Source: an uncultured virus (IMG/VR IMGVR_UViG_2667527788_000005) (Duplodnaviria; Heunggongvirae; Uroviricota; Caudoviricetes). Taken from it: a DNA stretch of 64,000 nucleotides. Below, piece after piece: positions 26,791-35,234 of the stretch. A program made the position numbers and the translations under genes. The stretch lies in IMG/VR virus record IMGVR_UViG_2667527788_000005, one strand, 5' to 3'. The notes under the pieces are model-generated. The model made no database searches. It was not told the DNA's origin and saw only the letters and a list, made by a program, of their open reading frames with translations. The first letter of the stretch is position 1, and every line of letters starts with the position of its first letter.

Positions 26791-28506
26791 GTGGACGTTC
26801 TCACCACTATCGGAACCCGTAAGACGCCGCAGTCGCAGCAGGCGGACCCCCGGCAGGTGAAGAACTCCGCCGGTGGCTACACCTTCACCATCGACGACGA
26901 GGCCCTGCTGCACCGCTTCCTCACCCTCGGCACCGACGGCGGCACCTACTACACCACCGCCCCCGACCTCACCAAGGAAACAGCGGCCGTCGTGCTCCGC
27001 GCAGCAGCGGCCGACCCAGTCCGCCTCGTCCAGCACATCGTCGAGGTGTCTGTGGCCGGACGCGCACCCCGGCAGAACCCGGCCCTGTTCGCCCTCGCCA
27101 TCGCCGCCGCAGCAGAGGACGTCGACGGCCGCCGCGCCGCCGCAGCAGCCCTGCCCACGGTCGCCCGCACCGGCACCCAGCTCTACACGTTCGTGAAGTA
27201 CATGGAGCAGTTCCGCGGGTGGGGCCGCGCCATGCAGCGCGCCGTCGGCGGCTGGTACCTCGACAAGCCCGTCGACCGCCTCGCCTACCAGCTGGTCAAG
27301 TACCGGCAGCGCGAAGGCTGGATGCACCGGGACCTACTACGCCTGTCCGGCCCCACCACGGCGGACCCGGCCCGCCGCCTCGCCTTCAACTGGGCAGTCG
27401 GCAAGGGCCTGAACGACTACATCGGTAAGGTCCAGCCCCTCACTGCCGAGCAGTTGAAGGCGGGGGAGCGCAACGCCTCCCGGCCCAAGCTGCCTAACGT
27501 CGAGCTTGTGGTTGACCACCCCCTGGCGATCATCGAGGACTTCGAGGATGCCCAGCGCGCCACCCAGCCCAAGGAATGGGTGAGCATCATTCGACGTGGC
27601 AACGGCCTTCCCTGGGAAGCGTTGCCAGACGTCGCGCTCAACTTCACCGCTGTGTGGGAAGCGCTGATTGAGCACGGTCTGCCGCAGACCGCATTGATGC
27701 GCCAACTGCCTCGCCTGACCCGGCATGGGGTCCTCCATGGTGAATATCTGGATCGCGTGGTTGCTCAGCTCCAGGACGCCGACCGTCTACGCAAGGGACG
27801 CGTACACCCGGTCAACGTTCTGATCGCACAGCGCACCTACGCGTCCGGGCGTTCGGCGCGCGGCGACTCCACCTGGACGCCGGAACGCAAGGTCGTGGAC
27901 GCTCTGGACGCCGCGTTCTACAACGCCTACGGCGCGGTAGAGCCGTCGGGCAAGCGCACCCTGCTGGCGCTGGACGTGTCCGGCTCCATGGGCGCCGCGA
28001 TCTCGGGTATGCCGCTGACATGCCGCGAGGCCGCAGCCGCACTCGCACTCGTCACCACCAACGTTGAGCCCGACCACGAGGTCGTCGGCTTCACCGACGG
28101 ACGACAGGCCGCGCGCTCGGGCTACGGCTACCGGTCCCAGCACCACATCACCCCGCTGGACATCACACCGCGCCGCCGCCTCGACGACGTGTGCCGGTAC
28201 ACCGCCGGACTCAGCTTCGGCGCCACCGACTGCGCACTCCCGATGCTGTGGGCACAACAGTCCAAGCGCGAGTTCGACACGTTCGTGGTCATCACCGACA
28301 ACGAAACCTGGTTCGGCGACGTCCACCCACACCAGGCGCTCCGCGACTACCGCAACAAGACGGGCATCAACGCCCGCCTGATCGTTGTCGGCATGACGGC
28401 AACCCGCTTCACCATCGCCGACCCCGACGACCCCGGCCAGCTCGACGTGTCCGGTTTCGACTCGGCTGTCCCGCAGCTGATCTCGGACTTCTCGGCCGGA
28501 CTGTAG
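26791..28506 (+). CDS. rsr: Ro60/Rsr RNA-binding protein (TROVE + vWA)
   Basis: QVKNSAGGY, RFLTLGTDGGTYY, KYRQREGWMHRDLLRL, LDVSGSM (MIDAS), TDCALPM, ITDNET; RBS AAGGAG. Confidence 0.95.
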   Translation: MDVLTTIGTRKTPQSQQADPRQVKNSAGGYTFTIDDEALLHRFLTLGTDGGTYYTTAPDLTKETAAVVLRAAAADPVRLVQHIVEVSVAGRAPRQNPALFALAIAAAAEDVDGRRAAAAALPTVARTGTQLYTFVKYMEQFRGWGRAMQRAVGGWYLDKPVDRLAYQLVKYRQREGWMHRDLLRLSGPTTADPARRLAFNWAVGKGLNDYIGKVQPLTAEQLKAGERNASRPKLPNVELVVDHPLAIIEDFEDAQRATQPKEWVSIIRRGNGLPWEALPDVALNFTAVWEALIEHGLPQTALMRQLPRLTRHGVLHGEYLDRVVAQLQDADRLRKGRVHPVNVLIAQRTYASGRSARGDSTWTPERKVVDALDAAFYNAYGAVEPSGKRTLLALDVSGSMGAAISGMPLTCREAAAALALVTTNVEPDHEVVGFTDGRQAARSGYGYRSQHHITPLDITPRRRLDDVCRYTAGLSFGATDCALPMLWAQQSKREFDTFVVITDNETWFGDVHPHQALRDYRNKTGINARLIVVGMTATRFTIADPDDPGQLDVSGFDSAVPQLISDFSAGL

Positions 28507-28512
28507 GAACGC

Positions 28513-28743
28513 GTGGACCCAAGGGCACAGCAGGCGCGGGAGCATCACCGGTTGCAGCGTGATGCCTCCCGCGTCGGCGAACAACACCGGTACGAACGAG
28601 ACCGGCTAGTTCGTGAACTGTGGACCACCGAACGAGAGAAGTGGACCTACGCCACGTTGGCCGCGGCGGTGACGTGCAGCCCGGGACTGATCCAGAAGAT
28701 TCTCGACGGCCGCACCCCAACAGCCCAGCACGTCACCAGGTAA
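28513..28743 (+). CDS. Small HTH regulator
   Basis: RDRLVREL...WTYATLAAAVTCSPGLIQKIL. Confidence 0.68.
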   Translation: MDPRAQQAREHHRLQRDASRVGEQHRYERDRLVRELWTTEREKWTYATLAAAVTCSPGLIQKILDGRTPTAQHVTR

Positions 28744-28761
28744 AGGAAGGCAGACGCCGCA

Positions 28762-28875
28762 ATGGATTTCAACACCCCACTCCAAAGCCTGAACGGCTGG
28801 CCCGCCGCGGTCGTCCTTGCCGTCGTGGTCCTCTGCGTGACGGCCGTGATCATCGCGGTTATCCGCGCCGACTAA
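28762..28875 (+). CDS. Small membrane protein (37 aa)
   Basis: RBS AAGGAAGG; GWPAAVVLAVVVLCVTAVIIAVI. Confidence 0.6.
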   Translation: MDFNTPLQSLNGWPAAVVLAVVVLCVTAVIIAVIRAD

Positions 28876-28878
28876 CGC

Positions 28879-28914
28879 TCGACGCGACGTATAGCGCACT
28901 ATACAGTCTGAATC
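28879..28914 (+). promoter_or_regulatory. Leaderless promoter with palindromic operator
   Basis: TCGACG-17-TACAGT-7-ATG(28915); GTATAGCGCACTATAC at 28889-28904, identical to 25382-25397. Confidence 0.72.
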
Positions 28915-29244
28915 ATGAATGAGACCCTGACGGCCCAGCAGCTAGCGTCCTTTGAGGACAGCCTCAATAACTATGCAGGCGACGGTGAATTGCCCACTAT
29001 CCGAACGGACTACAGCGGTCGGGCCATGTACGGCAGGGAATGCCTAGCCGTCGTACTCGACGACTCCAGCTTCACCCCCGCAGTCACCGCCGAACTGGCC
29101 TACGTCCTGGCAGACACCGACGATGACGTCGCGGAACTCGTAGACCGTATCTGGTCGCTGCCCACCTACACCGACAACATGGGCCACCGCACCGTCATCT
29201 ACTGGCCAAACATCAAGGCTCCCAACACTGCCGGAGAGGACTAG
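28915..29244 (+). CDS. Hypothetical protein
   Basis: YSGRAMYGRECLAV...DNMG..TVIYWP. Confidence 0.72.
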   Translation: MNETLTAQQLASFEDSLNNYAGDGELPTIRTDYSGRAMYGRECLAVVLDDSSFTPAVTAELAYVLADTDDDVAELVDRIWSLPTYTDNMGHRTVIYWPNIKAPNTAGED

Positions 29245-29250
29245 ACGACC

Positions 29251-29637
29251 ATGACGACACCCGCCCCGCGCATGTTCGGCCTCGGCGCCATCTTGACCGT
29301 GACGACCGACCTGATGCTGGTAGCCGACATCGGCGACATCTACGCACTCCTCAACTACATGACCGGCGACAACCTGTTTACCCATCAATTGCCTCGTGCC
29401 GCAGGCGAATGCAAGCCAGCACTGCTGGCACAACATCCCCAACTGGCCGACGTCGACGTACCCGAAATGCCTGATGCAGAGGCCTACATGACCTACCTGG
29501 CCAACCTGGAAAAGGTGCACGGCGCCGAACTGGCCGTCACACCGCTGGCCGCGGGCGCGCACAAGCACATCAACCCGTTGACCGAGCTAGCCGACATGAT
29601 GCCCGGCAGGCCCATCATCACCGTTGTCGCACCATGA
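29251..29637 (+). CDS. Hypothetical protein, paralog of 10579..10980
   Basis: LLNYMTGDNLFTHQLPRA. Confidence 0.72.
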   Translation: MTTPAPRMFGLGAILTVTTDLMLVADIGDIYALLNYMTGDNLFTHQLPRAAGECKPALLAQHPQLADVDVPEMPDAEAYMTYLANLEKVHGAELAVTPLAAGAHKHINPLTELADMMPGRPIITVVAP

Positions 29638-29873
29638 AGCAGCCAGAACCAGGCGACTACGAAGTGGGAGAGCTTACCCAGGCCGCTATCGGCATGGGCA
29701 TTAGCTTCGTCACTCTCGGCTCCCAAGACCGAGACATCACCGTGACCGGAGAATTACGGCAGATCTACTTCTGCGCCGACATGGCCACCCTGCACGTGCT
29801 GCATAGCGAAACCCCTTTCGTCATGGACGAATACATGTTCACTGGCGACGAGACAGTGACGTTGACGGCATGA
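29634..29873 (+). CDS. Hypothetical protein
   Basis: ATGA coupling. Confidence 0.6.
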   Translation: MKQPEPGDYEVGELTQAAIGMGISFVTLGSQDRDITVTGELRQIYFCADMATLHVLHSETPFVMDEYMFTGDETVTLTA

Positions 29874-30322
29874 CCACCTCAACCCGTGACGCACTGCCGG
29901 ACTGGATGACCGTCGGCGCCGAAGTGATGCAGATACAGGACCGGCGCTTCTACCCCAGCATCGTCACCCATGGCACTGTGGCCCGCATCCTCGGCCGGGA
30001 CATCGTGGTGGTCGACACTGACTGCAAGGAGCTGCTGCGTTTCCGCCGCACCGACTACTCCCCGAATGACGATTACTTCCGGCGTCGTGCCAGCTCTTAC
30101 GAATACGCCGATTCTGTCTACCTGTATCGCGCCGACGACCCCATGGCGGTGGCCATAGAGCGCCGGGCCCTCATCGCGGAAGGCATCAGCAACATCGCCC
30201 GGTGCGCCCGCACGCTCTCTATGGCCAGTCAGCCGTGGAAGGACTCGCATACCGCCGACGCCCTCGAAGACATGGCGGCGACCGCCACGCAGTTGGCCGC
30301 ACTGATCAGGGAGGGCCGATGA
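29870..30322 (+). CDS. Hypothetical protein
   Basis: ATGA coupling. Confidence 0.65.
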   Translation: MTTSTRDALPDWMTVGAEVMQIQDRRFYPSIVTHGTVARILGRDIVVVDTDCKELLRFRRTDYSPNDDYFRRRASSYEYADSVYLYRADDPMAVAIERRALIAEGISNIARCARTLSMASQPWKDSHTADALEDMAATATQLAALIREGR

Positions 30323-30624
30323 TCCGGGAGCTAGGTATCCGTCGCTGGTTGGCTTGGCGCCTGGTCCAGCTGGCCCACCGCATTGCCGATACGACGGTCG
30401 CGGAGCGCATCGTGATCGTGGCGCCCGACGGCGGTCCGGTCATTGAATGGGAGATCGAGGGAGACGCCTACGGCAACGGGGTGTCCAGCCAGACCGGCCT
30501 CACCCACTTCGCGCCCGGCTATACCGCGCTGCACATTTTCGACGGCGAGCCCACCTACCCGTACGACCTACACGCGATGGCCGCGTGGGCGCGGCTGCGC
30601 GCCTGGGAGGCAGCGCACCGGTGA
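30319..30624 (+). CDS. Hypothetical protein
   Basis: RBS GGAGG; coupling. Confidence 0.62.
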   Translation: MIRELGIRRWLAWRLVQLAHRIADTTVAERIVIVAPDGGPVIEWEIEGDAYGNGVSSQTGLTHFAPGYTALHIFDGEPTYPYDLHAMAAWARLRAWEAAHR

Positions 30625-31298
30625 GGAACCCGGAGGCCGATGTCGTCGACGCGATAGCAGCGCTGGTCGACGACCAGCTTGAGCAGGAACGGTCGGGCTA
30701 CGACCACAACATCAACCAGGACACCTGCCCGAAGTGTGGCGGCCCCTGGCACGGCCTCGTGCGCGGCACCTGCCCTGGCGCGACCGGCGTCCGGGGGAGC
30801 GAATCAGAACCTGCGACGGTCTCGCCCCTCGCCCAGATCACCCTGCCCGTCGAGCCGTGGCAGTGGCAGCAGCAGCGTTACTCGCAGCCCACCGTCACCG
30901 ACGACAACGAACCGCTCCACTCGGAGTTTCGCCTGGTCATACCTCAAGAAACACACCCCCGCTTTGAATTTCATGAACCCGGCGACGACCCGCCAGCGTT
31001 GGATTTTCGATACCGGGTCATCGACCTACGCTGCATGTCGGCGTACTACCCCATGACAGACTTTGTGGCGCTAGGAATACGGGTGGAAGACCAAACCCTG
31101 ACCCACACTTACCCGGCCGAGCTGATACACCGCGTCGTGCCCGGCTACCGCTTGGCCCACACCGTGCTACCGCCACACCTGCCCGACAGCTACGTGGAGC
31201 TGTACACACACCCCAACTACGGCGCGGTAGCCATGTTCCGTATCAAGGGCGGCGCGCTCCAGTTCCGCCTCCGCTTTGCAGGGTTGGGTCGCCCATGA
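30621..31298 (+). CDS. Hypothetical protein
   Basis: DVVDAIAALVDDQL...CPKCGGPWHGL...CPG. Confidence 0.65.
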   Translation: MRNPEADVVDAIAALVDDQLEQERSGYDHNINQDTCPKCGGPWHGLVRGTCPGATGVRGSESEPATVSPLAQITLPVEPWQWQQQRYSQPTVTDDNEPLHSEFRLVIPQETHPRFEFHEPGDDPPALDFRYRVIDLRCMSAYYPMTDFVALGIRVEDQTLTHTYPAELIHRVVPGYRLAHTVLPPHLPDSYVELYTHPNYGAVAMFRIKGGALQFRLRFAGLGRP

Positions 31299-31729
31299 CC
31301 GACAACCTGCCCGTTCAACAGCCACAGCCGGTCATCGCGCGTCGACTGCCCGGCCCGGCCGACTGCTGGTGGCGCCTCGGTCCCAATATCCGTACCAGCA
31401 GGACTGCGGAGGACCGCGGCTTGGTCAACGTGGTGCAACACGTCGACTTCGACAGCAGGGGCTTCTACCTCACCATCGAGCTACGCGACGGCTGCACACA
31501 AGACGTCTGGCCGTCCGACTACAACCTGGTGCTGACCGACCCAGACAACACCGACTTCTACCCACCGACACGTGTTGTGCCACAACGTTTGAAGGCACTA
31601 GACCTTCTGACGGCGCGACCGCCCCTGCTTCGTATCCCGTTGGAATGGCAGCAGATAACCCGCCGGGGCGACCACGACCACCCCGGCGAAGACATGCGCA
31701 ACTGGAGGTACGACAACCCATGGTCGTAG
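31295..31729 (+). CDS. Hypothetical protein
   Basis: ATGA coupling. Confidence 0.62.
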   Translation: MTDNLPVQQPQPVIARRLPGPADCWWRLGPNIRTSRTAEDRGLVNVVQHVDFDSRGFYLTIELRDGCTQDVWPSDYNLVLTDPDNTDFYPPTRVVPQRLKALDLLTARPPLLRIPLEWQQITRRGDHDHPGEDMRNWRYDNPWS

Positions 31730-32034
31730 ACGCCGACTGGAAACCACCCCGCACCAAGAACGGGCTACGCCGCCTGCTGGCGCGATACCGCGCCACCATC
31801 ACCGGCCTGCGCACTGAGCGTGATAGGTGGGAGCAGCGTTACGAGGATGAGCACCAACGCATCGTCAACCTAGCTCTGGAGCACCTTCCCCAGATCGACG
31901 CCACATCCGAGGACAGCCTTCCCGGCTTCGATAAGACCATCTCACTGTTCGGCGACCATCAACCTCTTCCGCGGCCGTTTCCCGGGCGACCACCTTCCAG
32001 TACGTCAGGGCCGCTGAGGGGTCGGGAAGGTTAA
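31720..32034 (+). CDS. Hypothetical protein
   Basis: Continues operon; 3' end overlaps a convergent ORF. Confidence 0.45.
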   Translation: MVVDADWKPPRTKNGLRRLLARYRATITGLRTERDRWEQRYEDEHQRIVNLALEHLPQIDATSEDSLPGFDKTISLFGDHQPLPRPFPGRPPSSTSGPLRGREG

Positions 32035-32494
32035 CCGGAAACAGCTTGGTGTCGCGGCGCGGCAACTCGGACGGCACGGGGAGTTCGCGCACGGCTGTCA
32101 GCTGGGACCACTGGTACCCAATGCGGTTCCACCATGGGTACCTCGCTGGCCGGTCATTTACCGAGTTGGACACTTCAGAAGGTGTTGGTAGTCCCTGCCG
32201 GTTCAGAATGTCCTTCACCCCGGGGCCTCTAGCCAACGAGTACGTCGCCTCGTATCTTTCAGCGGCCTTGCGAAGCGCAGTCAGGGCATCGTCTTGCCGG
32301 TCCCAGCTGACCTCGGCATACCAGACCTTCGCGTAGATGGCGTAGTACTGCGGCAGTACGTAGAAAGAGCGCTCCCGCAGTATTTCCCGCGGGGCGCGCT
32401 CCATCGCTTCGTCGAGGACCTTGAGCAGGTTCTTGGTGATGACGAAGTCCTCGTAGGCGTCCATCGTGGACAGGTACACCTCTGACAGGTTCAT
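31865..32494 (-). CDS. Hypothetical protein (lone reverse-strand gene)
   Basis: Long protein-like ORF MDAYEDFVITKNLLK...; start uncertain (32494 or 32464). Confidence 0.55.
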   Translation of the reverse strand: MNLSEVYLSTMDAYEDFVITKNLLKVLDEAMERAPREILRERSFYVLPQYYAIYAKVWYAEVSWDRQDDALTALRKAAERYEATYSLARGPGVKDILNRQGLPTPSEVSNSVNDRPARYPWWNRIGYQWSQLTAVRELPVPSELPRRDTKLFPVNLPDPSAALTYWKVVARETAAEEVDGRRTVRWSYRSREGCPRMWRRSGEGAPELG

Positions 32495-32578
32495 GATGCC
32501 GACCCTAAACCGCAGAACACCAACCGTGCTGGCTACTCGGCAACCTCCCTGTCCCGCGGCTCGTGGCACGATTGCTGC

Positions 32579-32908
32579 ATGGCACTCACATTGGACGCGG
32601 ACCACCTACGTACGTCTGTCACCGAGCTGCGTCGGCTTGAGGACAACGTGCGCCTGAACCCTGATGCCGTCTTTTGGTCGGAGATAAAGCGGATCGCCGA
32701 ATCGGTGGGTGTCGACAAGAATGACCCAGTCACTCGACCGCTGGCCGAACTGATTGCCGAAAAGGAACAAAGACAGAAGGTAACCGGCGATATCGTCCGC
32801 CTGTTCGTGGACGTGGTGTGGCGTGCCGCTCGACTGGTCGAGGGATTGCAGGACGAGATCTACCACATGACGCGGCCGGTCCTGCACGACCAGCCCTACA
32901 CAGGGTAG
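32579..32908 (+). CDS. Hypothetical protein
   Basis: 109 aa helical ORF. Confidence 0.6.
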   Translation: MALTLDADHLRTSVTELRRLEDNVRLNPDAVFWSEIKRIAESVGVDKNDPVTRPLAELIAEKEQRQKVTGDIVRLFVDVVWRAARLVEGLQDEIYHMTRPVLHDQPYTG

Positions 32909-32991
32909 ACCCCGACACACCCGTCTGACCTGCATACGGGCCTGCGCCCGTATCACGTGTTATACATATGTCGTTGGCACCGCTGTGCCCT

Positions 32992-33030
32992 AAACGCCCC
33001 CGGACCTCACCCCGGGGGCGTTTCGTTTAT
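32992..33030 (+). terminator. Intrinsic terminator
   Basis: AAACGCCCCCGG...CCGGGGGCGTTT followed by CGTTTAT. Confidence 0.75.
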
Positions 33031-33032
33031 CC

Positions 33033-33334
33033 GCTTCCCGCCCCCGCGCCGCGTCAACCCGGTACCGCTGATACTGCCGGTAAGCGCGCGACCCCAGGTT
33101 CGCCGCGTGCTCGGCGCCAGGGTCACCAGGTACGCCACCACATCGCCGCCCGGCCTGTCGGGCGGGTGGTACGCCGATGCCCAGGACGCCCCAACTCCTT
33201 GGGGGTGAGGGCGCGCTGCGCCGCGCTGGCGGGAAGCCCCAAGGCTGGTGCACCGGGCCGCCATTTGCCCTCGCGTGGAACAAGCTGGGCAGCTATCGCG
33301 TCACGGCCGAACGGGTAACTAGGCCCGGTGTACC
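33033..33334 (+). ncRNA. Putative structured RNA at start of late region
   Basis: Long-range pairs 33033-42/33228-37 (10 bp perfect) and 33247-59/33322-34 (13 bp, one GU), with nested hairpins; no convincing ORF. Confidence 0.45.
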
Positions 33335-33367
33335 CCAAACATGTTGTTAGGCAGGGAGATACACGCA

Positions 33368-33673
33368 ATGGACGATTCTTCGATCCTGCCCGGTCAACGT
33401 CCTTCGACCACATTCGTCGACCGCCTGCTGGACAAGCTGATTGACCGGGTACTAGACCGCGTATTCGCGCGAATCGGCGAACTCGACGACAAGCTGCCCG
33501 TGATCGCCGACGCCGTTACCCGCGCAATCCTGGACCGCACTGGCCTCAACAAGTTCGACGAACTCGCAAAAACCATTGTGACAGAGCTACTTTCACGCCT
33601 ACGCGGTCTCCCGTCCATCCCCTTCAAGAACCTCTTCCCCAACCTAGGAGACCCTGATGGCCGCACGCCTTGA
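33368..33673 (+). CDS. Hypothetical protein
   Basis: RBS GGGAG; amphipathic helical ORF. Confidence 0.62.
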   Translation: MDDSSILPGQRPSTTFVDRLLDKLIDRVLDRVFARIGELDDKLPVIADAVTRAILDRTGLNKFDELAKTIVTELLSRLRGLPSIPFKNLFPNLGDPDGRTP

Positions 33674-34007
33674 GATCCGCTTCAACGACCGCGTCATCTA
33701 CTTGCAGGACGTCGACGAATACACCATCGACACCACCGCGGAAGGCACGGTAACGCTGGCCGCCATCGAGTCCGGGCATCGCGCCGACCCCGCAATCCCG
33801 ACCGGCACCGTCATGGACGGCGTCATCAGCCTCGACAACCTGCCGCCAGAGTCCGTCGTCATCGCGCCGGACGCCCACCTCAGCGATGTCACCAACCAGG
33901 ACCCCGAGGTGCTGGAGACCGTGCACACCGGCGAGGCGTACACGACGACCGGCGGCGAGGACCACACCCCGGCGGCGGACACCGGTAAGGGCGCCAAGGG
34001 CAAGTGA
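33657..34007 (+). CDS. Hypothetical acidic protein
   Basis: RBS AGGAG. Confidence 0.65.
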   Translation: MAARLEIRFNDRVIYLQDVDEYTIDTTAEGTVTLAAIESGHRADPAIPTGTVMDGVISLDNLPPESVVIAPDAHLSDVTNQDPEVLETVHTGEAYTTTGGEDHTPAADTGKGAKGK

Positions 34008-34486
34008 GCGCTCTGCCAGAGTCGTTCACGGTCAGCTACGACACCTGGGCCGGTGTCACCGACCGCCAGACCGACCCGGACAACGAGCCGGACATCCGAC
34101 CCGTCACCGGCACCATCCTGTTCCGGTACCGGGTGCCGTCCGGCTGGGCGTTCCGCGCCGCCGAGTACGACCCACGCCCCACCGACTTCGCGCTCGACAC
34201 CTTCACCGCCCGTCTCGACGAGGGCCGGTTGAAGCAGCTGGATGGCACGGTCAACGTCAAGCTCATCGCCAACACCCCCCTCCTGGCGTGGGACCAGCCG
34301 CTGTACATCGACATCAGCTTCTCCAACATCGTGTTCAACCGCGGTGACCGGGCATGGCGGAACTTCGCCATCGTCGCCCCCACCACCGGTGGTGGGACGG
34401 TCAACCTGACCACGGTGCAGCGGTACCCGTTCCTCACGCCGCAGCAGTACGAGGGCTGGTTCCAGAACCACCCGGCGCCCGTCTGA
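34004..34486 (+). CDS. Possible minor virion/tail-associated protein
   Basis: DPDNEPD..PVTGTILF...ARLDEGRL...VKLIANT resembles N-termini of mycobacteriophage minor tail proteins. Confidence 0.55.
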   Translation: MSALPESFTVSYDTWAGVTDRQTDPDNEPDIRPVTGTILFRYRVPSGWAFRAAEYDPRPTDFALDTFTARLDEGRLKQLDGTVNVKLIANTPLLAWDQPLYIDISFSNIVFNRGDRAWRNFAIVAPTTGGGTVNLTTVQRYPFLTPQQYEGWFQNHPAPV

Positions 34487-34857
34487 TGCGCGCCGGTGTC
34501 GTAGTCGCCCGTAGCCGTGAGGACGGGGAGCGGGTGGCCGACCTCCTGGACCTGACGGGCTGGCAGATCATCACACCGGGGCAGTCCCGTAAGGGCCGCC
34601 GATGCAAGCCCGTGGTGATCACCACCGACCCCGACCTCCTCACCCCCGACGTCGTGGCCACCGTCGCAGGCATGGCGTACCCGGCATCCCAGCCGCTGAC
34701 CTTCTACACCCTGCTCCTCACACTGCCCACCCCGACCGCACCAACGCCGCGCGCCCCCGAGGTGTGCGGGCACTGCGGCCAGCAGCTCGGCGGCGCATGC
34801 CCCGGCTGCCACCGACGTCAGCACGACCACACCAAGAAGAAGTGCTACCTGTGCTGA
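34486..34857 (+). CDS. Hypothetical protein with Zn ribbon
   Basis: CGHC...CPGC. Confidence 0.55.
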   Translation: MRAGVVVARSREDGERVADLLDLTGWQIITPGQSRKGRRCKPVVITTDPDLLTPDVVATVAGMAYPASQPLTFYTLLLTLPTPTAPTPRAPEVCGHCGQQLGGACPGCHRRQHDHTKKKCYLC

Positions 34858-34952
34858 CCCCACCCCCACTCCACGACCCGCTGCTGCGAGCAGTGATCGA
34901 CGAGGCAGGTCTGACCATGACCTGCAACCTATGGCGCCAAGGAGAACCAGCC

Positions 34953-35234
34953 ATGTTCCACAGCACCCCCACCAGCCACGCAGACATCGACCACCGGTTC
35001 AACTACCACCGACCCGATGTCGACCAGGTCACCCGCCACGAGAGCATCCGCGGGAAGTGCCGGGACTTGGCGCACGACCTCGACTCGATCCTCCCGCCGG
35101 GCCGCGAGAAGGCCCTCGCGTTGACCAAGCTGGAGGAAGCGCTGATGTGGGGCAACGCAGCCATCGCCCGCGAGGTCCTGCGGGAGCCGATCGCCAACGC
35201 CCACCAGTCCGTCATCCAGGACCACCACGCATGA
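34953..35234 (+). CDS. Acb2/Tad1-like helical-hairpin protein (putative anti-defence sponge)
   Basis: RFNYH...REKALALTKLEEALMWGNAAIAR; RBS AAGGAG. Confidence 0.65.
   Translation: MFHSTPTSHADIDHRFNYHRPDVDQVTRHESIRGKCRDLAHDLDSILPPGREKALALTKLEEALMWGNAAIAREVLREPIANAHQSVIQDHHA

Noticed and set aside
32963..32973. ACATATGTCG resembling the recalled BPs operator CGACATATGTCG
   Set aside because: Single imperfect copy, and not found in this prophage's rep/cro intergenic region.
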